Source of the DNA: a virus
Taxonomy: Duplodnaviria > Caudoviricetes
DNA: 45,081 nt
Virus record (IMG/VR): IMGVR_UViG_3300036833_000162
Span: 1-45,081 of that record
Direction: 5' to 3' (one strand)
In this document: one piece after another, positions 1-8,698 of the stretch
Position numbering within the stretch: position 1 is the first letter of the stretch
Layout of the letters: the number at the start of each line of letters is the position of its first letter
The notes under the pieces: model-generated
The model's database searches: none
What the model was told of the DNA's origin: nothing
What the model saw: the letters and a program-made list of their open reading frames with translations, nothing else
Translations under genes and position numbers: made by a program

Positions 1-31
1 CTTGCCGTCGCTGCCCCGCACAGGCGCCAAA
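1..31. repeat. 31-bp direct terminal repeat, left copy (circular contig overlap)
   Basis: cttgccgtcgctgccccgcacaggcgccaaa is identical to 45051..45081. Confidence 0.95.
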
Positions 32-56
32 AAAAAGCCCGCCGAAGCGAGCTTTT
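29..56 (-). terminator. Rho-independent terminator, probably bidirectional
   Basis: Minus strand reads aagctcgc-ttcg-gcgggc followed by T8; T4 also follows on the plus strand; lies where the late and accessory operons converge. Confidence 0.8.
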
Positions 57-173
57 CCCTCTCACGCGCTGGAGCGCGATCACGGAAACATTTCCCATAT
101 GAAGGCTAAAAAGAATCCGGCACTGAAGCCGGACACGACGAGCGCACAAAACAGCAACGTAAAATCCATGGCT

Positions 174-539
174 TCAGCGCTTGAACTGAAAATTCTGGTT
201 TGCTACGGTCGATTGCTGCTCCATCTCGACGCAGCCATTCAAAAGCATGTATGAGGCGTTGCTCATGGAGCTTGCCGCGATCCGGGTACAGTAACGGCGC
301 ATCGCGACCGGGAGGGTTGCCCATACAGGGTGCAATGCATTGTATGAATCCTGCTCCATCTGATAGCAGCCCTGGAGCAACATCTGCGACGGCATCCCGC
401 TGAGTTTTGAAATCCTTGCACAGTACGCCGGTACGTCATAGACAGGGATCGAGTCATCCTGAGGCGCAGCGTGCGCGACAGGTGAGAACAGCAGTCCAAT
501 ATTCAGGACGATGGCCGCAGAAGCGAGATATTTTTTCAT
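174..539 (-). CDS. Secreted Cys-containing protein with an internal duplication
   Basis: Signal peptide MKKYLASAAIVL...AHA; two copies of YCxRI...MLLxGCxxMEQxS; RBS gaagga upstream. Confidence 0.75.
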   Translation of the reverse strand: MKKYLASAAIVLNIGLLFSPVAHAAPQDDSIPVYDVPAYCARISKLSGMPSQMLLQGCYQMEQDSYNALHPVWATLPVAMRRYCTRIAASSMSNASYMLLNGCVEMEQQSTVANQNFQFKR

Positions 540-613
540 GGTGATTTCCTTCAATTGAAGCCCCGCGAATAATCGCCGAGCAATCCTAAATACAGGTCAG
601 TAAAAAAAGCGGT

Positions 614-847
614 TTAGTAGCAGTAGTACCCGTAACAGCGACGGACCGGCACTAGGACTACCGGCTCGACATACACCGGGCGCGTCGCTTCATACGCAAC
701 CGCGCCAGCGAGTACCGCACCAGCGCCAGCGATGATGCCCGCGCTGACCGCGTTGGCCTTGTTGATACAGCCGATATCGTCGGAGTTACAGAAGATCGCG
801 CAACCGGACAGTGAAGCCGCAAGGGCGAGGGCAAGCAGGGTTTTCAT
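614..847 (-). CDS. Small lipoprotein
   Basis: MKTLLALALAASLSGC lipobox, Gly/Ala-rich hydrophobic segment; 4-nt overlap with the upstream gene; GGAGG RBS. Confidence 0.75.
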   Translation of the reverse strand: MKTLLALALAASLSGCAIFCNSDDIGCINKANAVSAGIIAGAGAVLAGAVAYEATRPVYVEPVVLVPVRRCYGYYCY

Positions 848-1023
848 GCTCGCGCCTCCTCGTGCTTGAACGCCCAGATCAGCGCGATGCCCCAGCCGAT
901 CAGCGACCAGCCGAACAGCAGGTTCGTCACGAAGATCGCGAGGCGGTTCCTGCGCTTGCGCCCGACCCATGAGGGATAAAAATATACAAATAGCATCGCG
1001 ATGATAAAAATGGTCAGTGCCAT
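844..1023 (-). CDS. Superinfection immunity protein (T4 Imm-like)
   Basis: YFYPSWVG..R.N.LAIFVTNLLFGWSLIGWGIALIWA matches the Imm_superinfect family pattern. Confidence 0.85.
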   Translation of the reverse strand: MALTIFIIAMLFVYFYPSWVGRKRRNRLAIFVTNLLFGWSLIGWGIALIWAFKHEEARA

Positions 1024-1106
1024 GGTTTCAGTTCTCAACAAAAAAATGGTTTAGCAGTTCAGCCAGCGGCACACATACACGGGCACACACCGGGCTGAAA
1101 TAGTCG

Positions 1107-1451
1107 TCAAATGTAGTGGTGGGGTAATACAAGGCGGCGCACAAAGGAGCGATAGGTCTTCACCAGCGCGGCGCGCGTCTCGTCCCCCGGTTGCGCGATC
1201 CAGGCGGCAAGCTGGTCGTCCAGCGTGCCCATGAAGCTCTCGTGCCTGACCTGCAGCTCGGCGCGGTGCGCCTCGCCCGTGATTACCTGGCGCGACAGCA
1301 GCAGCTCGATCCAGCCGGCGCGCAGCGTGTCGCGCGTTCGCGCGTCCGCCTCGACATAGGCGGCGAGCAGTTCGCGGGCTTCCGTTTCGCGCCTGCGGCG
1401 CGTCGGCAGGAAAATCCATTCGGTGCCGGTTTCAGTCGTGTTCGTATTCAT
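1107..1451 (-). CDS. Hypothetical protein
   Basis: 114-aa ORF, GAGGA RBS, operon-consistent strand. Confidence 0.6.
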   Translation of the reverse strand: MNTNTTETGTEWIFLPTRRRRETEARELLAAYVEADARTRDTLRAGWIELLLSRQVITGEAHRAELQVRHESFMGTLDDQLAAWIAQPGDETRAALVKTYRSFVRRLVLPHHYI

Positions 1452-1490
1452 GGCTTGTCCTCGATAGTTTGTGTGTGATGTACAGCGGTC

Positions 1491-1754
1491 TTACTTCCAG
1501 CCGATCACGCGGCTCGTATAACCGGGCAGGTAGCCCAGCTGCGTGCCCTCGGTGAGATACAGCACGTTTTCAGCCGGCGGCATCGCCGCATCCTCTTCTT
1601 CCCCATACGCGTCAGGCTGGTCCCCATCGGGGCCGACCAGCACCGCGCTGCCAATGCTGTATTCAAACGCCCACTGTGGCTGTATTGCGAGGCGCACTTC
1701 AACGCCGTCCTCCAGCCCTTCGATCAGTTCCCTCAGTTCGCCTACCGTCATCAT
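1491..1754 (-). CDS. Hypothetical acidic phage protein
   Basis: MTVGELRELIE-type N-terminus common in small phage proteins; AAGGAG RBS. Confidence 0.7.
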   Translation of the reverse strand: MMTVGELRELIEGLEDGVEVRLAIQPQWAFEYSIGSAVLVGPDGDQPDAYGEEEDAAMPPAENVLYLTEGTQLGYLPGYTSRVIGWK

Positions 1755-1896
1755 CCTGTGTTCTCCTTAACTCGCTTTCCATTTGCCGGCGGGCCTTTCC
1801 CGCCGCCCCTAACCAACCGGGGATCGCACGATAGCGTCAGTTCGGGAAAATGTGTCGATTAATCCCATGATCTTTCGTCGCAGCCCGCGACAGGGC

Positions 1897-1921
1897 AAAA
1901 AAAAGCCCGCTCGAGGCGGGC
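1897..1921 (-). terminator. Rho-independent terminator
   Basis: gcccgc stem with 5-nt loop followed by T8 on the minus strand, downstream of 1950..2558. Confidence 0.8.
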
Positions 1922-1949
1922 CTTATGATCCTGCGCGGGTGATTCCGTG

Positions 1950-2558
1950 TTAGGGACGCGCGGCTTTCCTCATCGCGAGGATCACCTTGTGCAGTTCGTC
2001 AGCGCTGCCATCGTTTCCGTAATCGGCGAGCTGCTGCGCGAGGGTGGCGCACTCCTGCTTCACATAGCCAAACGTGCGATAGGTGCTGAAGTCATGGAGG
2101 AACGACGCATCATGTCCCATCGCTTCGATTGCCTCGACCATACCGGGCTGAAAATCGCCCGCGTGTCCGCAGTCGAAGCCGAACCACCAGCCGGTGTGAT
2201 CGTGAAGACGGTCTGACCATGTAATGCCGCCATGTACGCCGATCAGCATGTTGAGCGGCGCAAAGCCGGCCGGTATCTCTTTTTTGAAGTCGGTCATAAA
2301 CGCGAAAAACGTATCGATTGCGCCGTGCTCGTCGATGTCGATGGTCCGTTCTCGCCACGTACTGGGCGCAGGCACCATATCGCAACGGTCGACCTCATAA
2401 AGCGGATGTGAGCTGTTGACGCCCACGTAACCGCACAGGTGCTTGAAGTAATCGTGACGGCGCACCACGCAGACGAGACCGGCCGCGCTGAACCATTCAT
2501 AGTCCGGTTCGTGTTCCCATATCGGCCGCCCTGATAGCGGATCGATGTAACCGCTCAC
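1950..2558 (-). CDS. Conserved phage hypothetical protein (HGG.T / GFDC.H motif)
   Basis: HLCGYVGV, VHGGITW and WWFGFDCGHAGD motifs, which recur in uncharacterised phage proteins. Confidence 0.75.
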   Translation of the reverse strand: MSGYIDPLSGRPIWEHEPDYEWFSAAGLVCVVRRHDYFKHLCGYVGVNSSHPLYEVDRCDMVPAPSTWRERTIDIDEHGAIDTFFAFMTDFKKEIPAGFAPLNMLIGVHGGITWSDRLHDHTGWWFGFDCGHAGDFQPGMVEAIEAMGHDASFLHDFSTYRTFGYVKQECATLAQQLADYGNDGSADELHKVILAMRKAARP

Positions 2559-2767
2559 CGCTCATCTCCCTGCTTTGGTTTTTCCATCTGTTCGAGAATG
2601 TTGCCGATGCTCACGAGCGGCTGCTCCAGTGCAGCCCGCGCAATTTCGATCACCTCGACAGGCAGGGCAGCACCGACCATTTCAGTGATGGCACAGGCAC
2701 CGCGCATGTAGTCAACCTGATCGAGCACGAGCAGCAGGGCATCACGAACGGTAAAGGCAGGTTTCAT
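2555..2767 (-). CDS. Hypothetical protein
   Basis: 4-nt overlaps with both neighbours. Confidence 0.65.
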   Translation of the reverse strand: MKPAFTVRDALLLVLDQVDYMRGACAITEMVGAALPVEVIEIARAALEQPLVSIGNILEQMEKPKQGDER

Positions 2768-3009
2768 TGTTTGCCCTCCGGTGGTTCATGGGCGCGGTCC
2801 TCATTGACCGCGATGAATTCACGCAACGCGACGAGCATGTCCGCGCGGTCGGCGTTCGACAGGTAATTCATCGTGCCGTCGGGCCAGTAGTCGAACACGA
2901 ACAGCGCGAAGCCCCGGCCCTCGAAGGTCTGCCCGAGCAGCCGGCCGACGCGGTTCATCGAATCACGCAGCTCGGGCGTGATCTCGGGGTGCATGTAGCT
3001 GTTCGTCAT
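2764..3009 (-). CDS. Hypothetical phage protein
   Basis: GFALFVF...NYLSNADRADM motif; GAGG RBS; coupled to the next gene. Confidence 0.7.
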   Translation of the reverse strand: MTNSYMHPEITPELRDSMNRVGRLLGQTFEGRGFALFVFDYWPDGTMNYLSNADRADMLVALREFIAVNEDRAHEPPEGKQ

Positions 3010-3025
3010 GATTGCCTCGCCGGTA

Positions 3026-3721
3026 TCATGCCTTGCCCCTCGGAAAGAACTCGCGTATGTCGCCGACGTTCGGCGCGGTCTCTTTCAGGCACGGCACCAT
3101 ATGTCCCGTCGCCGGGTTACGCGCGATCGTTTCCTCGCGATGGATCGTGATCGTCACGAGCGCGTTCGTATAGTCGCGCAGGTTCAGATACGGAACCGTG
3201 CTCGCCTTGTCGCCGACCAGTTCGCAGAGCAAGGCGTCGCGGTCCATATTGAACTGCTGACGACAGGCGAGCGGACGATGCGCATAGATCGAACACTGGT
3301 CGTCCTTCAGGAACGGACACGGATTGTCGTATCCGGTCCTGATCTCGCGCGCCTGCGTTATACCCTCGACCTTCTCGGGCTTGACGTGAATGAACCGGCC
3401 GATCAGATTCGCCTCCTGTTCGGGGATCAGGACGGGTATATGGCAGCAGTGCGAACAGCCCCGGCGACACGCAGCATGCGGTTTGGCGAGCGCGCCGATC
3501 TCGTCGACCATCTTCCATAGCCGGATGATCAGCGCGTCGACTGTTATCGCCGGATCGTTCATCATCCGGTTAAACTCCTGCGAGTGTCGCCGCTTGACCG
3601 GCTGCGCGCGTTCATTGATAGCGTTGACGATCCGCTTCACCCGGCCGCCCTCTCCGATCTTCTGCCAGCGTTCGCGCACGGCCTGATCGTGCTGCGCGAC
3701 GGATTCCGTAGAAGTGTCCAT
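3026..3721 (-). CDS. YkgJ-family (CxxCxxCC) zinc/iron-chelating cysteine-cluster protein
   Basis: ACRRGCSHCC, CPFL and CSIYAHRPLACR motifs. Confidence 0.85.
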   Translation of the reverse strand: MDTSTESVAQHDQAVRERWQKIGEGGRVKRIVNAINERAQPVKRRHSQEFNRMMNDPAITVDALIIRLWKMVDEIGALAKPHAACRRGCSHCCHIPVLIPEQEANLIGRFIHVKPEKVEGITQAREIRTGYDNPCPFLKDDQCSIYAHRPLACRQQFNMDRDALLCELVGDKASTVPYLNLRDYTNALVTITIHREETIARNPATGHMVPCLKETAPNVGDIREFFPRGKA

Positions 3722-3723
3722 GC

Positions 3724-4965
3724 TCAGATTCCTGTCAGCTCGGCCTGCACGCGCGCGAGCCGGCTGGTACGCGCGCGCTGTTTGTCGGTGTGACGCTCCT
3801 GCGACGCAGCCTGCAGGAATGCCGCCTCCATCGCGGAAGCGGCCGGTGGCGCGCTGTCAGCCATGCTGTGCGCGCAGCCGTTCGTCTGCGGGGGCTGCAG
3901 TACCACCGGTGCCGCATCCGCCTGTGCGGGCAGGTTGCCCCCTTCCTGCGTTGCCTGATGGCGGGTGGGCATCCCCACGGGCCGCAGCAGTTGCGCAGGC
4001 TTGCAATGAAAGATCGGACAGAGCTTGTCAATCGTTGCCGGCCGCAGCCAGCTGTTCGCCTCCATCGCCTTGATGTTGCCTTCGCGACCGCCGTACGTCT
4101 GCGCCAGCGCCTTCAGCGAAAGGCCCCGGTACAGACGCCATGCGAGCATCGGTGACTTGCCAGCCATCAGGTGCGCGAGTACGGCATTGGGATAGTCGGT
4201 GTCGGCAGGCGAGCGCGGCTCGACCATCTGGCGATGCGGCCTGCGTGCATTCACCGCTTCATTCACCTGTTCAGCCTTCGGCTTCGTACGGCGCGTGGCA
4301 TCGAAGGGTGAAGTATCGCTGCCGGGTTTCAGCGTGAGCTGGGCGGCCGGACAATCATAGATCTGCGCGAACCTGGCGAGCGTTGCCGGCGAAGGCGGGT
4401 TCTTGCCGCTCTCATGCCACACGATCGTGGTCTTGTCGCGGCCGAGCAGTTCAGCGGCGTCCGCGAGCGTGAGGCCGCGATACTCGCGCCATGCGCGGAT
4501 GAAGTAGACGCCGCGCTCGATGCGCCCGGTGACCTCGGGCGGCGGGGCCTCACTGAACTCGCGATAGAACACGCGGGGATGGGCAGAACGCGGCACGGCC
4601 GGACCGGCGGGCGGTGCTGTGCTGGACTCAGGTGAGGCGGCGGGGGCGACCGTGATATCAGGATGATGTTCGTGTTCAGGCAGGCTCGCGATCAGCGCAT
4701 TCCATTTGCGGTCGCTTGGATGGGCGCTGACGGGCTTCGGCGGTGGTTCGGCGGGGGGGGGGGTCGCTATCTGCGCGGCCTGCAGCGAGCCTTTGAACTG
4801 CCCGGGGCGGGTGCTGGCTTCGAGTCGGGCGGTCTGTGCCCTGCGGGCGGCAATCCAGAACTCGGTCAGGGCGGAGAACATCGAGTAAGGAACGGTCACC
4901 CTGAGACGGTTTCCGGCATGGTCAGTTTCATAACGGACATCGGAAAAATCAAGACCATAGGACAT
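3724..4965 (-). CDS. Tandem XRE/HigA-like helix-turn-helix regulator
   Basis: Two repeats, IRAWREYRGLTLADAAELLG and MLAWRLYRGLSLKALAQTYG; N-terminal antitoxin-like VRYETD.AG.R..V.VPY segment; AGGAG RBS. Confidence 0.8.
   Translation of the reverse strand: MSYGLDFSDVRYETDHAGNRLRVTVPYSMFSALTEFWIAARRAQTARLEASTRPGQFKGSLQAAQIATPPPAEPPPKPVSAHPSDRKWNALIASLPEHEHHPDITVAPAASPESSTAPPAGPAVPRSAHPRVFYREFSEAPPPEVTGRIERGVYFIRAWREYRGLTLADAAELLGRDKTTIVWHESGKNPPSPATLARFAQIYDCPAAQLTLKPGSDTSPFDATRRTKPKAEQVNEAVNARRPHRQMVEPRSPADTDYPNAVLAHLMAGKSPMLAWRLYRGLSLKALAQTYGGREGNIKAMEANSWLRPATIDKLCPIFHCKPAQLLRPVGMPTRHQATQEGGNLPAQADAAPVVLQPPQTNGCAHSMADSAPPAASAMEAAFLQAASQERHTDKQRARTSRLARVQAELTGI
4753..4763. repeat. G11 (C11 on the coding strand) homopolymer inside the regulator gene
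   Basis: gc-ggggggggggg-tc; encodes T-P-P-P near codon 68. Confidence 0.9.
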
Positions 4966-5227
4966 CACTTGTACTCCTGGATGCATGGGAAAAACGCGGT
5001 GCTCCGACCCCCTCGCTGGATCGGTACGGCTGTGCAGCGATTGGGCTGCTGCCTGTCTGGTCGCGATGCGACTGTCCCGGCGGTGGTCTGGCCCTGCTGC
5101 CTACCTGTAGACGAATCAGCATCAACGGTAAATATGACGAATCACAAGCGCAACATGGTTTTACCTGCCGGAACCGGAACGGACAACGGCAGGACCGGCA
5201 CGCCGCCAGTTCTGACAAGGTAGCCAG

Positions 5228-5251
5228 ACCGGTTTTAGGTGTAAACCCGGT
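5228..5251. other. Imperfect inverted repeat, candidate attP core
   Basis: accggtttta-ggtg-taaacccggt (one mismatch), upstream of the serine integrase. Confidence 0.3.
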
Positions 5252-5463
5252 GCATGTTTCAAGCCATGCGCGGTGCATCAAATCCGACTGGAATACTTGG
5301 GTATCCGGTATCGGGCGCGCCTGTTTTCGTGCGCCCGACGCCCCATGACGGTGCAACCCGCGCCAGCGCGCGCTGCGCCTTGACAGACAAGGCCGGGAGG
5401 CCGGTGGCATATTGCGTATATGGTCGTCACACCGGCAAGGCGAAACGTAGTGCATAAACCTTT

Positions 5464-5472
5464 TGCTATACT
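5464..5472 (+). promoter_or_regulatory. Extended -10 promoter for the integrase
   Basis: TG-c-TATACT about 35 nt before the ATG at 5507. Confidence 0.5.
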
Positions 5473-5506
5473 GGCGCTTCCCCTTGTGTTTCAACGGACA
5501 GACGCC

Positions 5507-7273
5507 ATGACAACGACAACCAAACAGAAGCCAGCAGCCCGCAAGGCCGCGCACAACCTGGTCCCCAGGCTGTACCTTTACGTGCGCTACTCGAGCCTCA
5601 AGCAACAGGACGGCACCAGCCTTGACCGGCAGATGCGCGTGGCCCGCGAGGTCGCCGCCGAACTCGGCCTGCCCATCGAGGAGGTGATGTTCGACAAGGG
5701 CGTGTCGGGTTTTACCGGCGCGAACCGGCTGCGCGGTGAACTCGGCGCGTTCCTCGCGCGCATCGAGGCCGGCGAGATTGCGCGCGGCTCGGTGCTGATT
5801 GTCGAGAACCAGGACCGTCTGAGCCGCGAACGTACCTTCACCGTGCTCGGCATGATCGAGGCCTTCCGCGACGCCGGTATCCGGGTGCTCACCGCTGACC
5901 GCCGCGAGCTGACCAGCGACGAGGAAATGGATGAACTGATCACGGTGCTCGATGGTCATCGCTCGCGCAAGGAAAGCGACCGCAAGTCGGAACTCATCAC
6001 GAAGGGCCTCATCGAAAAGTGCGAGCGCTGGGAGGCGGGGAATTACAGCTTCACCGACAAGGGCAAACAGGGCGGCCAGATTGGTGCCGGCTCGCATCCC
6101 TTCTGGATTGAGTGGGATGCCGAGGCGCGCGCATACCGGCTGAAGGCTGACAAGGTGCGCGCGGTGAAAAAGGCGATCGAGCTGTACCGCGCCGGGTTCG
6201 GTGCCAGCCTGATTGCAGACCGTCTGAAGGAGGCGGGCTTTGCGCTCACCGATGACGGTTCGCGTAACCGCACCGGCAGCATGGTGCGCGTGATCCGCCA
6301 CATGATGACGCTGCCCGCGCTCACCGGCGTGCGCCAGTTCGAGATTGGCAAGCAGCGCGGCCGGCAGAAGGACGCGACCAGGGTCAGGACGTACCGGTTG
6401 AAGGACTACTACCCGGCCATCATGTCGCCGGCTGAATACATCGCGCTGCAGCACCTGCGTGAAAAGCGCGGCAACCGGGGCGGCGAGAAGAGCGATCTCG
6501 TGAGCGTACTGACCGGCACGCAGGTCATCTATTGCGGGCATTGCGGCCGGCCGATGACCGCGCAGAACCAGTTTTCCCGCATGACGCGCGAGCGCGAGCG
6601 GACCGGCCTGCCGAGCGCCGGCCAGCGTCGCATCATGTGCGCCTCGTATGTTCACAGGACGCCCTGCCCGCATCGCGGCACCGTCCAGGCGCATCTGCTG
6701 GAGAACGCCATTCTTGAAACCTGCGCCGATGAATTCAATCTTGCGCACCTGATGAAAATCGATGCCAAGCACGACGGCCTGGTGGCACGCGCTGAACGCC
6801 TGCGCGACGAGGTCACCGCGCTCGAGGCGGAACGCGAACAGTGCGGCAGGCTGGCGCTCAAGGCGAAGTCGGACGAACAGCAGGAACACTGGATGGCCGA
6901 GCAGGACAAGGTGATGCGCGCCATCACGAAGAAGCGCAAGGACGCCGACACGCTCGACTTCGAGATCCACCAGATGGAAGGCACCGCCAGCAGCGCGAGC
7001 GCGGACGTGTGGGCCTCGCTGATCGAGGGCGTGAACGCGCTCGACGCCGATACGCGCATGGTCGCGCGCAAGCTGGTCGCCGACACCTTCGAGCGCATCG
7101 AGGTGTTCAATGATGGCTACGATTACACCAGGGCGAACCCGGCGGTGGTCGATGTCGAAATGGTGTCCAGACGCGGCGGCGTCATCAGCCTGCAGATCAA
7201 CCGCACCACGGGCGACGCGACCGCCAAGCTGGTCACGCGCAAAAGAAAAGCCGCGACCCGCGCGGCAGCCTGA
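5507..7273 (+). CDS. Large serine recombinase (integrase)
   Basis: YVRYSS..Q...SL.RQ catalytic motif, DKGVSG, ENQDRLSR, recombinase domain, C-terminal CGHCG zinc ribbon and coiled coil. Confidence 0.92.
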   Translation: MTTTTKQKPAARKAAHNLVPRLYLYVRYSSLKQQDGTSLDRQMRVAREVAAELGLPIEEVMFDKGVSGFTGANRLRGELGAFLARIEAGEIARGSVLIVENQDRLSRERTFTVLGMIEAFRDAGIRVLTADRRELTSDEEMDELITVLDGHRSRKESDRKSELITKGLIEKCERWEAGNYSFTDKGKQGGQIGAGSHPFWIEWDAEARAYRLKADKVRAVKKAIELYRAGFGASLIADRLKEAGFALTDDGSRNRTGSMVRVIRHMMTLPALTGVRQFEIGKQRGRQKDATRVRTYRLKDYYPAIMSPAEYIALQHLREKRGNRGGEKSDLVSVLTGTQVIYCGHCGRPMTAQNQFSRMTRERERTGLPSAGQRRIMCASYVHRTPCPHRGTVQAHLLENAILETCADEFNLAHLMKIDAKHDGLVARAERLRDEVTALEAEREQCGRLALKAKSDEQQEHWMAEQDKVMRAITKKRKDADTLDFEIHQMEGTASSASADVWASLIEGVNALDADTRMVARKLVADTFERIEVFNDGYDYTRANPAVVDVEMVSRRGGVISLQINRTTGDATAKLVTRKRKAATRAAA

Positions 7274-7277
7274 ACAG

Positions 7278-7303
7278 GCGGCCCACCCGGGCCGCTTTTT
7301 TTT
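7278..7303 (+). terminator. Integrase terminator
   Basis: gcggccc-accc-gggccgc followed by T8. Confidence 0.85.
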
Positions 7304-7311
7304 CGTCCCCA

Positions 7312-7437
7312 TCACCCGCTGAACACCGCATGCGCGAGCAGCAGAATCCCGCACCAGAACAGTATCGCCATCAGCAGGATCAGCGCGAGATGCGCAGACA
7401 GCCGCAATGGTTCAGGGCACTGCTGCTCAATGCGCAT
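7312..7437 (-). CDS. Small membrane protein (41 aa)
   Basis: Hydrophobic LALILLMAILFWCGILLLA; overlaps the end of the upstream gene. Confidence 0.5.
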   Translation of the reverse strand: MRIEQQCPEPLRLSAHLALILLMAILFWCGILLLAHAVFSG

Positions 7438-7723
7438 CGCCTTCGCGCTCCAGCCGGCCCGGGGCTGATACCACGCGCAGCAGGCCCTCGCCCTCGAGGA
7501 AGCGCTGGTACGCGAGGATCGCGACGACCCATGCCTCTTCCAGCACCTGCGGGCCGCTCTCGATGACGTGGCCCCTGTCGTCGACCACAGCCAGCGTGGC
7601 GGGCCTGCCATCCGCTGTGCGTACCTCATAGCCACGAAAGGCCGCGCCGCCGATTGTGGAGGCTGTCAGCCGCCCCGGCGCCGCGACGTCGATCGATAGC
7701 ACATCCGTTACCCTGCTCATCAC
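7427..7723 (-). CDS. Hypothetical protein
   Basis: 98-aa ORF with AAGGAG RBS. Confidence 0.6.
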   Translation of the reverse strand: MMSRVTDVLSIDVAAPGRLTASTIGGAAFRGYEVRTADGRPATLAVVDDRGHVIESGPQVLEEAWVVAILAYQRFLEGEGLLRVVSAPGRLEREGDAH

Positions 7724-8130
7724 CGTTCTCCTTCATTGCGCCGCCTCTTGCCTTCGCCGGCAGCCTGATCATCCCATGCGCCATCGCGCAAGGCATTAAG
7801 GTCCGCAAGCGTATCGAAACACACCTCGCACAAACCGCTCACGCGGGTTTCGATCCAGCCCGCCTCCGTCAGCACATTTTCATCGCTGAAACACTGACCA
7901 CACGAACGGCAATGATCGGGGGCAGAGCCATCCCACATGCAGGGGCCACATATCGATCCTTCATAGACCACCTTGCCGTCTTTCATGCCGATCAGACATG
8001 GCGTCTGACCGCAGATCGCGCATTGCAGGCTGGCGTCCGGCACCCAGCTTTCCACTTCCAGCCTTTCGGGCGTGGATGCCGAATCGGGGAATCTAAACTT
8101 CGTACGCCACTTCGTATTTCTCGCTGACAT
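7720..8130 (-). CDS. Hypothetical Cys-rich (putative zinc-binding) protein
   Basis: CAIC, CGPC, CRSC and CEVC pairs; C-terminal E.RVSGLCE.CFD motif. Confidence 0.6.
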   Translation of the reverse strand: MSARNTKWRTKFRFPDSASTPERLEVESWVPDASLQCAICGQTPCLIGMKDGKVVYEGSICGPCMWDGSAPDHCRSCGQCFSDENVLTEAGWIETRVSGLCEVCFDTLADLNALRDGAWDDQAAGEGKRRRNEGER

Positions 8131-8647
8131 GATCTTCTCCGGGTTTAGGCATCGTGAGCAGACAGATGTTCTCAATCGCCGGCACCCGTGTCACCGGCTG
8201 CGTCACCTTGCTGCTGCGTGAATGCTGTTTCACCGGCGCGGGCATGTGCTGGCTGACCACCATCGCGTTCAGGTCGTAACTGCGCGCGATATCGCGCAGC
8301 ACAAGCGGCCAGTCCTCGGGCTGGTGAGCGTCGTGCATGCCCTGCAGGTCACGCAGCAGCGGCATATGCCGATACAGGAAGTCGGCGAATGCAATGTGCT
8401 CCGGGTCGCTATCGGTGCTCAGGCGCGCAGCGAGATCGCGCACGCCGTAGAACTCGAGCGACTTCGTATAGATCTCGTCAGGCATGATCCAGCCGATCGC
8501 GCAGCGCCGGCCACCCGCTGCGCGGTACATGCACTTCACGCCGTCGAAGGCCGTCGCGCGTGCGTTCTGATGCAGCAGATGCCATCCAACGATATCGAAG
8601 ACGTCCTGGGCGTCGAGCATTGCCAGTGTGGCGGTGGTGACTCTCAT
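8093..8647 (-). CDS. Hypothetical phage protein
   Basis: CMYR...GRRCAIG and LQGMHD motifs seen in phage hypotheticals; AAGGAG RBS. Confidence 0.7.
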   Translation of the reverse strand: MRVTTATLAMLDAQDVFDIVGWHLLHQNARATAFDGVKCMYRAAGGRRCAIGWIMPDEIYTKSLEFYGVRDLAARLSTDSDPEHIAFADFLYRHMPLLRDLQGMHDAHQPEDWPLVLRDIARSYDLNAMVVSQHMPAPVKQHSRSSKVTQPVTRVPAIENICLLTMPKPGEDHVSEKYEVAYEV

Positions 8648-8698
8648 GACTGGACTCCTTATGTTTCATGTGAAACCGCGATGGAAACAGTAGCTGCG

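Noticed and set aside
1-31. Biological terminal repeat or attL/attR core
   Set aside because: An exact 31-nt end overlap is best explained by assembly of a circle; it is far from the integrase and terminase, and lambda-type terminases give cos ends
4949-7354. 801-aa ORF antisense to the integrase
   Set aside because: Shadow ORF from GC-rich codon bias; no motifs, and the plus strand is a clear serine recombinase
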